Under the pieces are notes generated by a model that saw only the letters and a program-made list of their open reading frames with translations, did no database searches and was not told the DNA's origin. A stretch of 64,000 nucleotides of DNA. Origin: Octopus bimaculoides (lineage: Eukaryota). The stretch spans positions 73,971,048 through 74,035,047 of the forward strand of contig NC_068986.1 of NCBI RefSeq assembly GCF_001194135.2, written 5' to 3'. Below are positions 50,874 to 64,000 of the stretch, piece by piece. Position numbers and translations under genes: made by a program. The first letter of the stretch is position 1. The number at the start of each line of letters is the position of its first letter.

Positions 50874-53014
50874 GGTTTTTTTAGCTGTCTTTTTTTTTTT
50901 TCTGCATTTTCTTAAGACAAGTTTATGATGTCTTCTACTTCACCATTGTTTCTCTATGCTATTCTGATACTCTTCTGCTTCGGTCTGAATCTGATTTTTA
51001 GATGAAATAATGGGAATATACCAGCAAATGTATAGAAGTCCAAATCAACTAATTTTTACTCTCATTTCTTTTGCTTGGATAACTTTCTTTGATAAGACAT
51101 ACACCACACTGATGTCCTGCACCTTAGTGTGATATCTTGGTATTATTTCATTCTGACTATTTCTCATAGAGGCCCACATATTCTGTCTTCATCCAAAACA
51201 GTACCACAACATGGTGGTTTCATTTACAGAGCCAGAATTTGCTTCCATCTTGAATTACTTTCTAACTCTTTACAAGCGAGCAATATACCTTATACTTCTC
51301 ATACTTCTGGCTCAAAGCAACGTTCAAAGATTGACTCTAATGAAAAGTTAACTACTTATTCTACAAGCTTTCACATCTACGAGAAATTATCTAAAGTCTT
51401 ATCACCAAGATACATCCTGTCAATCTGTTACAACATCTTGTTCTCCTCAATGTAATTTTGAAGAGAAGACAAAAACTATGAAAGTATCAGAAATACAGAA
51501 CCTTCATATATATCTTTGGATACAGAAAAGGTCCTAACATAGGATTGAAACCACTTCAGCTGATCTATCCTTTCCTGTCCATGAACATTTTGTATAAAAG
51601 GATATTGTGTTTACATCTGTGTCTACATAGAGTGTGGGCTTGAACCTATAGATATATTCTGTAGTACAGCACAGAATTGAAGCAAAACTATTAATGTAGT
51701 GGTGTCTATATTAAAAAATTAATTAATGCAAGAAGGAAAGAGCAAAATGCATATGAAAATAATTACAAAAACTTGGCTTAGCATTTGGAAGAAATAAATT
51801 CTTTGCCCTCATTAATGAAGTAATTATGCCTTTGCTAACAATGTTCAGACGATATTAAAAGTTTATTAGTAATTTCGGTTTCCTGTCTGTCTTTAAGGAA
51901 AACTGCCTTAAAGAGCAATGTTATATGCATTATTTAACTCATTAACTGGTGAAGATTCTTATGATATTCGTTTTCAGTGTGCCTGTGCATAAAGGAGTTT
52001 ATATGAGAAATTTACAGCACATCTCAAGTCATTCAGTTTCTTAAATTACATCATAAATTCAGTAACATCATATAATGTATATAGCTTACATTTAAATCAA
52101 TCTTCATTCAATGATATAAATATCATTCAATGAACGTGGATTTAAATGTGAGCTATTATATGTTTCATGCTTCAATATTTTAATTTCTAAACAGAAACAA
52201 ACAGCGGCAGGGAGTGGGGTTGCAAAAAATTCATAATTTCTCAAATTTTCTTTTTTATAGCATATAAATGTATTTATGAGGAAAAAATATTGATAAACAC
52301 TAATACATGCGAGATTGATAATGAAACGAGGAGGGTTGTCTTTGGATGTGCTTGAAACAACAGCCAAATCGCCCTTAAATTACTTTTCCCTCTGAAAATA
52401 TTAACAATTTTAAAAAGTTTTTATACTAAAAATGCTCTTCCCATGGTTTTGAAGTGCAAAAAAAATATTGGCCGAAATAGGTCCAAAGTGGGATGATGAG
52501 GAAGNNNNNNNNNNNNNNNNNNNNNNNNNNNNNNNNNNNNNNNNNNNNNNNNNNNNNNNNNNNNNNNNNNNNNNNNNNNNNNNNNNNNNNNNNNNNNNNN
52601 NNNNNNNNNNNNNNNNNNNNNNNNNNNNNNNNNNNNNNNNNNNNNNNNNNNNNNNNNNNNNNNNNNNNNNNNNNNNNNNNNNNNNNNNNNNNNNNNNNNN
52701 NNNNNNNNNNNNNNNNNNNNNNNNNNNNNNNNNNNNNNNNNNNNNNNNNNNNNNNNNNNNNNNNNNNNNNNNNNNNNNNNNNNNNNNNNNNNNNNNNNNN
52801 NNNNNNNNNNNNNNNNNNNNNNNNNNNNNNNNNNNNNNNNNNNNNNNNNNNNNNNNNNNNNNNNNNNNNNNNNNNNNNNNNNNNNNNNNNNNNNNNNNNN
52901 NNNNNNNNNNNNNNNNNNNNNNNNNNNNNNNNNNNNNNNNNNNNNNNNNNNNNNNNNNNNNNNNNNNNNNNNNNNNNNNNNNNNNNNNNNNNNNNNNNNN
53001 NNNNNNNNNNNNNN

Positions 53015-53068
<54 letters not shown>

Positions 53069-53253
53069 ACAGGCTTCTTTTCAGTTTCCATCTACTAAAT
53101 CCACTCATAAAGCTTCGGTGGGTGTAGGGCTGTGGTAGAAGACATTTGACTAAGGTGCCATGTAGTAGAATTGAACCTAATATTAGATGGTTAAGAAGCA
53201 TATATGTCTATGTGCGCATGTGTGTAACGTGAGTCATTTCACTTTTCTGGAGA

Positions 53254-54094
53254 CCTTGTGACAAATTTTCGCTTATTTGAAAGCAAAACAACCCATGTTA
53301 CATGACGAAAACAGTGAAGTTTGGAGGTAAAAGTTTGATGCTTTGGAGATACATAAAAATTGATGGTTCAATGAAGTTGGTTAAAACTGATGCTAACTTG
53401 AATAGTGCCAAATTCATCCAGTTGCTGAAGGATAATTTGTCACCAGCCTTGGATGAAGGTGAAATTTTTCAGCATGGTGGAGCTCCATGCCACAGATCGC
53501 ATGTAACACAACAGGGCCTGGCTGATGAAGGTGCTACCATGTTGAAAGATTGGCCAGCTCAGAGCCCTGACTTAAATATCATTGAGCAAATGTGAACAGA
53601 ACTAAAGAGAAGAGTTCATCGGAAGAATCCACGCATTCTTGAAGAGTTGTGGGAGCTCCGCCACAGAGAATAGCATCTCATACCTGTGAAGATGGTGAAG
53701 GATTTGTACACATTTCTTCCCAGGCACATTGAAACAATTAGTCAAGTTAAGGGAAGCCACACGAAATATCAACAATGCACAGTAACTTCTTGAAATGAAC
53801 ATTATGTAATAGATCTTCATTCTAGACATTTTTCTGATTTAAAAGACTGTATCTTGATTGGTTTATGTGAGGTAGCTGAAAGCTTTGCCCAGCCATTTTT
53901 GGTGGTCATCTCACATCTTTCCCTCCCGTGCAGAACCTCTACTACAAAATATAATGATTAGGTATGGAAATGATTCTATCAGTGCCAATGTTTCATTTGT
54001 AAAAAAAACACAATGTGCAACATCCACTAATTAGTTGGCAATTAGTAGAAATTTACAATAGTTTAAAGTGGCCAAAGACTTTTGCACGGTTCTG
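53254..54094 (+). mobile_element. 3' half of a Tc1-type DNA transposon (decayed)
   Basis: Reads TVKFGGKSLMLW...IFQHGGAPCH...DWPAQSPDLNIIEQM*, continuing to KGSHTKY. The right TIR ...gtggccaaagacttttgcacggttctg is followed by TA at 54095-54096. The left end was not found. Confidence 0.88.
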
Positions 54095-55849
54095 TAAATG
54101 TATATGTATGTATGTATGTATGTATAAATGTGTGTGTGTGTGTATACATACACACCAATCTATTGTAGTTTGCACATTCACACATGCACACACTCATACA
54201 TACACTGATTTCCAGTCACTTTCCGTCTTCCAAATTCCAAAACTTGTTTACATTCATAAATGGTTAGATTCCCTCTTTTTAAGATTCTGATATAAGTCTA
54301 CCTTTTGCATTGAATAATAATTACTCCAGTGTTAATTACATCAGTACTAATTACAAGGAATATTAATTGTTTTTGTAATGAATGTTATTCTCATCTCATT
54401 CATAGATTAAATATATATATTATTTTCATATGTTGTAGTGTGTTACTTACATACTGTGTATATATGTGTATGAATGTATATATGTATGAGTGTGTATATG
54501 TGTCACTATGTGTCTGTGTGTGTCTGTGTGTGTATAGGTGTGTGTGGGGGGAGTACATTCATGTGTATTGTATGAGTGGGCGTGAGTATAATTATATTTC
54601 CATGTTGCAAGGTATATTACTGACCATAAAGACTTGTTAAAGTTCCGCAAATGATATTCATGTTCATGTATTTTAAGAACATGGCACAAATGGCTACAAG
54701 ACTGCTAGAAATAGCAGCTATATCATATTAAAATAACACCTTCCTTTTCTAGATATGAATAAACACATAGATAAAGTAGTTCTATACACACTTTGTGGGT
54801 AGGAATGTTTTTGATTGGAGCTGACCTGCAGCTAAACAAAAATATGCATTTTGCTTTCATTAGGATATTTGATAACAATGTATAACTTTTTTTTTTTTTT
54901 GGTCTTTGGTCAGTAAGTGTTATTTCCTATTTGCTTCTGTAGCAGTAGCTAGATAGTTGAATTATCTCCTTTACAAGAAAGATTATTGAGTAACTTCCCT
55001 TTCTAAATTTCTCAAAGCATCTGTGTCATGAGACATGATGCTTAATTATTCAAGAAGCTTAGCGTTTCTCTTGGAAGTTTCTATAATGTCTAGTGTTCCA
55101 TTAACAAAAACAGTTTGTTAACCCTGCTATGTCTGTCTATTTCTCTACGCCACATGACTGAAAACCACCACTTAGCTGTTATTTCAACTAGATTCTACAT
55201 TTTGATCATCATCGACCAGTAAATAAAATATATTTTTATGTAGTAAATATCTAGTTCTTGAGTTTATTCTTCATCTCTATATGAACTCTTGTAATAATAT
55301 ACACACAGCCACATCAACACCTTGTACTGATTATATATAACCACTACACTTCTATCTAGAAATTAAAGGAAATCACTACTATTCCCTTCAAACTTTACTT
55401 TTGTAACCTGGACAGCAATGTTTTGAAACTGATCTATTTTCCATTACATTTCAGACTGATTCAGTGCTGAATTGCTGAAGCAGAAATATCATTATAGTCG
55501 ATATTCTACTCAATATCACAGATTTGTTTGTCAGCTGCTTGACCGTGACCATTTGAGCATGTCCCTTAGTGGCTGATAAGATGTGCATCTCTGATCATGA
55601 GCAGGAATACTGTGTGAGCATCATAGCCATGTGTTGAGAGGGATTCTTTGGGGTTTGAATAAATGTGAAATAAACAAAGTTTGAAGGAAATGTCAGCCAT
55701 TTTTCATACCTTCATGGGGTAAACAAATAGGTAATAACAGTTGCTACTCAAGGATAAAAATCGTGTTATACAGTGTAATTGGAAGGAGAGTTCATGTAAA
55801 TATCTTTTTAGCCATGGATGTGTGTGTGTGTGCATCTCTGTCTTTTATA

Positions 55850-56180
<331 letters not shown>

Positions 56181-56260
56181 TTTCAACAGGATTCTTCACA
56201 TAAAAATCTGCCTGAGCAAACTCCATCTGACCCAGGTTGCATGGAAATGAGGATGATGAT

Positions 56261-56293
<33 letters not shown>

Positions 56294-56694
56294 AGCAGTG
56301 GTTCCAGATCCAAGAAACAGCTTTGCTAACCTTTACAGAACACAATAATACTCTACACTGTAACCATATACAGGACAAACAGCTTTCCCTTACTTAAATA
56401 TCTGACATGATATCCAAGAGGTACATCTATGTGGTCACTTGAGTGGCAAGTAATAGCAGTGAAGTTTCCCTAAAACCACATTCTGCTTTTTTTTAATAAA
56501 GGGAAAACATGTTGGATAATATGCACCTAACATAACCTAAAATGCATGCAAATGGTCATGGCTTGAATGCTTTTGATCATAAATCTGCTCAGTCAGAAGT
56601 GAACTAGGGCTAACAACAATGATGACAACAACAACAACAATGGGCTGTGATAGAAGCAAATATCACAACTCTTTTACTCTCTCTCTCTCTTTTA

Positions 56695-56904
56695 CTCTTT
56701 TACTTGTTTCAGTCATTTGACTGTGGCCATGCTAGAGCACCACCTTTTAGTCGAGCAAATCGACCCCGGGACTTATTCTTTGGATGCCTAGTACTTATTC
56801 TATCGGTCTCTTTTGCCGAACTGCTAAGTTACGGGAACCTAAACACACCACCATCAGTTGTCAAGCGATGTTGGGGGGACAGACACACAAACATATACAC
56901 ACAC
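56695..56904 (-). mobile_element. Young SINE family A tail portion, cut by an N gap
   Basis: CpG-retaining copy: ttttagtcgagcaaatcgaccccgggacttattc...gccgaactgctaagttacggg. Confidence 0.8.
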
Positions 56905-57905
56905 NNNNNNNNNNNNNNNNNNNNNNNNNNNNNNNNNNNNNNNNNNNNNNNNNNNNNNNNNNNNNNNNNNNNNNNNNNNNNNNNNNNNNNNNNNNNNNNN
57001 NNNNNNNNNNNNNNNNNNNNNNNNNNNNNNNNNNNNNNNNNNNNNNNNNNNNNNNNNNNNNNNNNNNNNNNNNNNNNNNNNNNNNNNNNNNNNNNNNNNN
57101 NNNNNNNNNNNNNNNNNNNNNNNNNNNNNNNNNNNNNNNNNNNNNNNNNNNNNNNNNNNNNNNNNNNNNNNNNNNNNNNNNNNNNNNNNNNNNNNNNNNN
57201 NNNNNNNNNNNNNNNNNNNNNNNNNNNNNNNNNNNNNNNNNNNNNNNNNNNNNNNNNNNNNNNNNNNNNNNNNNNNNNNNNNNNNNNNNNNNNNNNNNNN
57301 NNNNNNNNNNNNNNNNNNNNNNNNNNNNNNNNNNNNNNNNNNNNNNNNNNNNNNNNNNNNNNNNNNNNNNNNNNNNNNNNNNNNNNNNNNNNNNNNNNNN
57401 NNNNNNNNNNNNNNNNNNNNNNNNNNNNNNNNNNNNNNNNNNNNNNNNNNNNNNNNNNNNNNNNNNNNNNNNNNNNNNNNNNNNNNNNNNNNNNNNNNNN
57501 NNNNNNNNNNNNNNNNNNNNNNNNNNNNNNNNNNNNNNNNNNNNNNNNNNNNNNNNNNNNNNNNNNNNNNNNNNNNNNNNNNNNNNNNNNNNNNNNNNNN
57601 NNNNNNNNNNNNNNNNNNNNNNNNNNNNNNNNNNNNNNNNNNNNNNNNNNNNNNNNNNNNNNNNNNNNNNNNNNNNNNNNNNNNNNNNNNNNNNNNNNNN
57701 NNNNNNNNNNNNNNNNNNNNNNNNNNNNNNNNNNNNNNNNNNNNNNNNNNNNNNNNNNNNNNNNNNNNNNNNNNNNGGACACAAAACATAAAAACAAAAA
57801 CAAAATGTTGTTAAGCATTTTGCTTGGTGTGCAATCAATTCTGCCACCTCACCACCCTAATTGACTCCCTAATATTGTCAGGCTTTTAAGGAACATCTTA
57901 AAAAT

Positions 57906-57978
<73 letters not shown>

Positions 57979-57989
57979 GACACACAGAA

Positions 57990-58760
57990 TGATAATATCA
58001 GAAGGTTTCTGAATAGTCCCCACAACAGCATAAAGGTGATTTCAGATGACCTATTCATGAAAGAATTATACTTCAAAGGAATATGACCTGTGTGAAGCCA
58101 ATAAATTCTTTGTTTATTAACCCTGCTCATTGTGTGATATGTTTTATAGATTGATAGACCTTGCTGTGATTGTTGGAGATAAAAGTTCAATAGTTTATCT
58201 CTTGATACTTCCAAATATTTTTCCACCCTTGACTAGTCATGCTTTTGCTAAATGCTTTGACTTGTGTAAGACTTGGAATGCCATCTATATCATTTCTTTT
58301 TGTATTCCCTCTTTTGCCAATTCATCTGCTTTTCTGTTCCCTTCAATTGTTTACTTGTTAGTTCTTTATCATTTTCTGCTACTAAATAATCATCTATTTT
58401 TAAGGGAATATTTTTGATAATTTTAATCTGATCTCTTTTCCTTTACTGAAATAACTCCAGGTTCAAAAGACTATTGGTAACTAGAAAACCCGTTTTCCAT
58501 GGAATTTCTTTGACAGAATCTAAGGATGATTTGATTCTGTTTGATTCTGTATCAAATATTGTAGAAAATCATGCAATCTCAAGCTCACATTTGTATCATT
58601 ATTCTGAAAGGATCAAGTAGCCCAACACCCTTCTCCATTCTCTGAGTGGTCCCATATCTGTATGTGGTCATATCTGTATAACTGATCCAGTTGTTAAAAC
58701 AGTTTGATTGCGTGATGTTGTTATGAATTTTGTTTGCTTCCTCTTTTAATTCTTTTATCA
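57990..58760 (-). mobile_element. Decayed RNase H-bearing LINE 3' fragment (I/Nimb-like group)
   Basis: The minus strand reads YTD..., EGNRKADELAKEG (RNase H GNExADxLAK), SLTQVKAF...GWKNIW and IYWLHTGHIPL (cf. RLRTGH). Confidence 0.7.
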
Positions 58761-60340
58761 TTATTTTGAAAGATTTTAATTGTTCTACCCTTGGCTAAGT
58801 AATTAGCGTGCTGCACTCATGATCACAAGAGCTTGGTTTCAATTCCCAGATCAAGTGGTGCAGTGTGTTGTTGAATAAAGCACTTCATTTCATGTGACTT
58901 TGAAATCACATTGACATCTGACATGTGGAGCACTTTGCATTTGAACACGCAATGTCAGTTTGATGGAAGGAGTGAACTAATGTACAGCACCAACTGTTTG
59001 ATCACTGCATCTGTGCAAATTGTTCTGCAAGAAATTGCAGAACTCTCCTTTGTTGTTTATGACAGGAAAGTCCACTTCTACAGAAATGGCCTGGTATCAT
59101 ACTACTTTCTTTTTTGTTAAAACTGAGTGGTTAGCAATTTACATTTCCTAGATGCTTCTGTTAGAAATGAGTAGAGGTGAAACCTGTTTCATGGAAAATA
59201 GCTTTTAAATTGAACTTCCAATAATTAAAGAATGTTAAAGCCGCTCTTTAGTGAAGCTGTTTAGAAAATCTGGTACTTTACTAAGACATTTCAAAATTAC
59301 AGTATCATTCACATCGAATATAATAATAATAATTAGAGCATTCTTCTCAGCAAATTACACTGCTAATTAATAAATTGTTAATGAACCATAATAAGAGCCA
59401 GAGTATTTCTTTAAAATCTCTGAAACACTGATGACCACAGTTATATAAACAAATTTGTAACAATTTGCAAATTGAGTGGCTGTTATTGATTTATCTTCAA
59501 ATTGGTGGAAGCAGTAGTGAAGTGGTAGAGTGTCTCATAGAATAGCAGTAGAGTTGGTAGAATTAGTGGAGTTGGCGGAGTGTTTCATAAAATGGCAGTG
59601 GAATTGGTAAAATCACTGGAGTGTTTCACAAAATGGCTGTGGAGATTGGTAGAAACAGAAAAGGGTCAGACAAAATATCTTATAGCTTTTAGTGAATTTG
59701 CTTTATATTCTCAGTTACAACCCCACTAGAGTTATTTTTTTTTTTATTTTTTGGTATCCTTCTGGTGCCCCTTTTCGAAAGAGTGTAACCTTACTGTGTC
59801 TAGAGTTAGAAATAATTAGTTGTAAGGGTGTTACAAAGGGACATAACTTCCGTATGACTACTGATAGAGTTCTATAGATTGACCCAGGTCAAATGGGAAG
59901 CATCAAAAAGAGAATTTAAAATTAGAAAAAAAAAAAAATCTTTTTTATCGTTAATGACCTGAAAAATTAATCTCTAATCTGTAGGTTCAAGTTCTTGGAG
60001 TGATATGTTCATAAAATGACTACTAAGTTACTAAGAAATTAGAATAGGAGGAAATTATACAGAAAATTAGGATGTCGTAAAACTAAGCATTGTATAAACA
60101 ATGAATGTTACAGGAACTATGATAGCTGCATCCAGCACCATATTATGGTATTCTTACCCATTATCATATGTCATTCTTCAGTAGGCTTGTTCTATACACT
60201 GCATCCCCCACCTCCTGTAAAAGTTACCAGATAAAAAAAAAATAACCCTCTTATTCTCCTCTTCCTCCTACTCAACATCATCATCAGAATTATTAGCAGC
60301 TTCTCTCTCTCTCTTTTGCTCTGTCTCTTATTCTCTTTCT

Positions 60341-60377
<37 letters not shown>

Positions 60378-60519
60378 TCCCTATCTCTGCCTCAAAGAAT
60401 GTCAATATGTTGTTCCAGCTGTGAACTATCTTTAGCTTCTTACAACAGATCAGCTTCTGTCACACAGTCATCATCTTCAGGGATGTAATAATTTGGATTA
60501 TTACTACAAATATTTACCA

Positions 60520-60790
60520 TACAACGGTCTCGTCTCTTGGGACTTTGGTGAGGGGATTATATAAAATCTCCATAAAGTGCCTGTCGGTGATGGTGGAAAT
60601 AAATGCATTATTGATTGTTGAATTTCTGAATAAAACCATTGACTGTCTTCCCACCTGTAAGACACCAGGATTGGATGGCATTTCACCAGGGGCCATCAGG
60701 TGTGCAAAAGGCACTACCTATACAAACTACTGTGCCAGCCCCAGAAAGAAGGGGCAATACTACAGGACAAGGGAGACTGCAATATTCTTT
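60520..60790 (+). mobile_element. RTE LINE fragment (region upstream of the RT)
   Basis: Reads EFLNKTIDCLPTCKTPGLDGISPGAIR (cf. ELxKAIxxLxxGKAPGxDGIPxE), then YKLLC...EGAILQD. Confidence 0.65.
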
Positions 60791-61104
60791 TCTCCTGTAG
60801 GCACATGGCCTGAAATTTTGGGAGAGCAGGGCTAGTCGATTAGATCGACTCCAATATGCAGCTGGTACCTAATTTATCAACCCTGAAAGGATGAAGGCAA
60901 AGTTGACCTTGATATTGTCCACTAAACAGGAACAAAGGGGAGTTGTAGTGATTGTCACAACTATAAAAGAATCTCTTTGCTGAGCATCAATAGGAAGGTC
61001 TTTGAGTGATTCTAAGAAGAGTGCAGAATATTGCTGAAAGATTATGCTCAGAGACTCAGAGTGCTTTCAGGCTAGGACCTTCTGCCAATGACATACCTGT
61101 TTAC

Positions 61105-61550
61105 ATTTTTACTTGTTTCAGTCATTAGACTGTGGCCATAATGAGGTACTACCTTGAAGAATTTTTAGTTGAATGAATTGATTCCACTACTTATTTATTT
61201 ATTTTTTTTAAGCCTGATACCTATTTTATTGGTTTCTTTTTACTGAACCACTAAGTTCCAGGGATGTAGACACACCAGTTCTCATGTGATGGTGGGAGAT
61301 AAACACAGGCACAAACACAAACACACACACACACACACACATACATACGCTCGCATGTGAAAACACACACACACATACACACACACACATACAATGTTCT
61401 TCAAATTTTTGTCTACCAAATCCATTCATAAGGCTTTGGTCAGCCCAAGGCTATAGTAGAAGACACTTGTCCAAGGTGCCACACAGTGGGACTGAACCTG
61501 GAACCATGTGGTTGGGAAGCAAGCTTCTTACCACACAGCCATGCCTGCAC
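61105..61550 (-). mobile_element. Full SINE family A copy
   Basis: Contains ttttacttgtttcagtcattagactgtggcc...gggactgaacctggaaccatgtggttgggaagcaagcttcttaccacacagcc. Confidence 0.85.
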
Positions 61551-62479
61551 CTATGACATGGTCTTTTTCCTTTGTAGCATTGCTGAATCTGTAGATCACA
61601 CCTTGTTGTTGTTGATAGACCTACCAGAAATAGCAGCCTAATCTCTTTTATATCACACCTCACCATCTTAAAAAAGGACACAGGTAACAAAATCTTTGGG
61701 TTGAGGTTGAGAAGATCTGTGAATAACAACTTGTCCCAAAATAAAGTTAGGATGGCAGGACTAGAAACGGTAATCAGTGTCCCTAATTCAGTAATTTTGT
61801 TTTACAGGTACAATAACAACAACAACAACTGCAGTAGCAGCAGTGACAAACACTGGTGGCTAGGAGTATGGAAAATTTAGTGCCACAAGATGCTTTTAAA
61901 AAAGACAGCAATCTGGTTTGCTTCTAAGAATAACCTTTAGCTTGATTTTGTTTGACAACGTTTCACTCAATTAATTTTCATTTACAATCTCAAAAGTGTT
62001 TTGTATTACATATCTCTTTCTCGTTTTAATTTTTAAAATGTTTTTTTTTTATTTTAGTTTTCTATGCTGTTCTCCTTGGTTAATTTTTTTCATTCCATCA
62101 ATTATTGAAAAAAAAAATCAACAACATTGATAATAACAATAACAACAACAGCAGCAGCAGTTGCTGTTTAACTTTAAAATCTAAAAACAAACAAAATAAA
62201 TTATTTTTCAAACACTGACATAAAAAAAAAACAACAAAACAATCTTCAGGTATTGTACTTTTATTGTATTTTTGAGTCTATGAAATAAAGTTGCTGAACT
62301 CAATGATTACTTTTTGTTTGGGGTTTCATAGGTTCTAATTCAGTAACAGTCTGTTGGTCCCTTGTTGACTACTGTCCAGTCAGAGAGTTTTGAGAAAAAA
62401 AGATAAGAAAGGAAAATACTCTGTCCATTATGTGGCTTTCCAAGATAGTAATTATTCTTTTTCACACTCTCATAATGTT

Positions 62480-64000
62480 TCATTTTTATCAGCCACTTTT
62501 TCTTGACCATATTTCATTGTGAACTGAATTTTATTTATTCCTTTATGTAGTATTTTAAACTGATTTAGTTTCTCTGTACTTTCATCCAAACAATGAAGCA
62601 ATCATTTAGAAGTCTTCTCCAGTTCTGTCTTATGTATTTAATAGGAAGTGTTTCCATATTTCTTTAGAGATTCTTAATACATTGATATCCAAATAGCCCA
62701 TGACTAAATTTTCATATACTAGGGTTACTTTTGTGCTCATTGCAGTTCCAGCTTATTGTTACTTGTAGTTGCATCAACTGTGAAATATTTATTTTGAAGA
62801 ATAAATTTTCATCCTTCAGTTATTAATTCTTTTTTTCTATCTTCTGGTAATTCTGCATAATTCTTCAACCAGAATTATATTGCTTTTACTCCATAGTCAT
62901 AGGGAGGTTTGTATACAAATTCATTTCATCAAAGAATACAATAAGCGTTTTCTTTGATCATTCATGGAAGGTAGTTCAGCATATTTATATCAACTCTTCT
63001 AAAATGTTTTATACGTTTTAGAAATGGCTTTAATATAATATTTAAAAAATTACTGAAAACAGTGTTTCACATGTTGGATCATCTATTACTTGTCTTAATT
63101 TTAAATTGTCTGGCAATGAAATGTTAATGAATACTCTTGTGGATTCTTTGTATGCGTTACTTATAATTTTGCTTTAGTGGATTTTTGGTAAATCATTGAA
63201 AAAAAAAAAAAAGATTTGTATTTAAAAGTAGTTATGCGACTACATTCTTCATATGTCAATACTTTTTAGTATAAGTATAACAAAGTTATAAGATTTTTCA
63301 TTACTTTCTGTTGGTTATAATTTATAACCCTTTTTGTAATGTATATTGTCTACTTGCATGGATAAAAGATTTTTATAATATTCAGTGTATCCGGCAATAT
63401 AACTTCCCTCTCTCTTTATCCAATTCTTTAATTGTTAGTTCGTTATTATTATTTAATCCAATAATCTTTTCCCATTGCGTTGTGCTGATTTAACTTAATT
63501 CTTTGTTTAGCATGACATTATATGGAAAATTCAAAATGTGGTCACAAAAGTCATCAAATATTCTATTCTTACATTTTAGTGAAGAAAATTTGCTTTTGTT
63601 CCTCACAAGTAATTCGTCATCATTATTCTTATCAAATAACTCTCCTGTAATTCAAAATTTTCTACAAAATTCTGAAATGTCATCTTTAATTTCATTGTAA
63701 TTTGCTCTCTGGGTAGTTACAGTAAATTTTATTTCATTTGCTACTATATCAATTTGTTGTACTGTTAATATTCTTTTTAATAATCTTATTACTTTCAGTT
63801 TTTCCAACATGTATCTCAATTCTTCTAGATCAGGTATAAAATATGGTTACTGTAATTTCGTTGGTTTGCATTGGTATTTGTAATTCTATTACTGTGGTTT
63901 CTATTGCAATTTTGTTGTCTGAGATTATTAGATGCTTTCAGTTTCTGTGATTCTTATGTAAGATTCAAATTTGTTTTGATTATTTCTCATTGTTGGGGAA
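62480..64000 (-). mobile_element. Long decayed Penelope-like element ORF (N-terminal region plus RT), running off the window end
   Basis: The minus strand has ordered motifs across frameshifts: IKFTVTTQ...IKDDISEFCRK, LVRNKSKF, LTIKELDK, NDLPKIH, NLKLRQVIDDPTCET...IILKPFL, FDEMNLYTNLP, GTAMSTKV...YENLVMGYL, QNWRRLLNDCFIVW, IQFTM. Confidence 0.85.

Noticed and set aside
51129-51530. 108-aa ORF and an overlapping 62-codon open frame in unique-looking sequence
   Set aside because: There is no recognisable domain and no supporting splice architecture. The length is within chance expectation.
59690-60100. Possible DNA-transposon fragment
   Set aside because: It looks repeat-like, but I could not identify TIRs, a TSD or coding motifs.

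Overview
AT-rich, microsatellite-dense animal genomic DNA with 8 N-gaps (about 2.9 kb in total). The SINE families and repeat style point to an octopus or other cephalopod draft scaffold (inference from recalled repeat consensus, no search run). It reads as intronic sequence. I can support only one host coding exon: 6006-6068 (+), 63 nt, MRALEERAIAADEKAKDSEQQ, which resembles the N-terminal coiled coil of PLEKHH1/2 (MAX-1). Nearly all ORFs in the track are microsatellite or gap artefacts, or decayed transposon coding sequence. Decayed elements include a full-length mariner, an internally deleted mariner, a Tc1-type 3' half, RTE, CR1 and RNase H-bearing LINE fragments, three Penelope-like coding fragments and many tRNA-SINE copies. 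The most unusual structures are: (1) a young 555-bp fold-back DNA element with an 8-bp TSD, nested inverted repeats and a perfect 38-bp telomere-repeat palindrome near its centre (36557-37111); (2) a 159-bp near-perfect hairpin with no TSD (33906-34064); (3) three SINEs stacked at one recurring 17-bp site (2796-3421); (4) a nested hAT MITE, SINE and minisatellite with both TSDs intact (27447-28206). I found no CRISPR array, rRNA or true tRNA. Boundaries of decayed elements are approximate, and family assignments come from motif recognition by eye.
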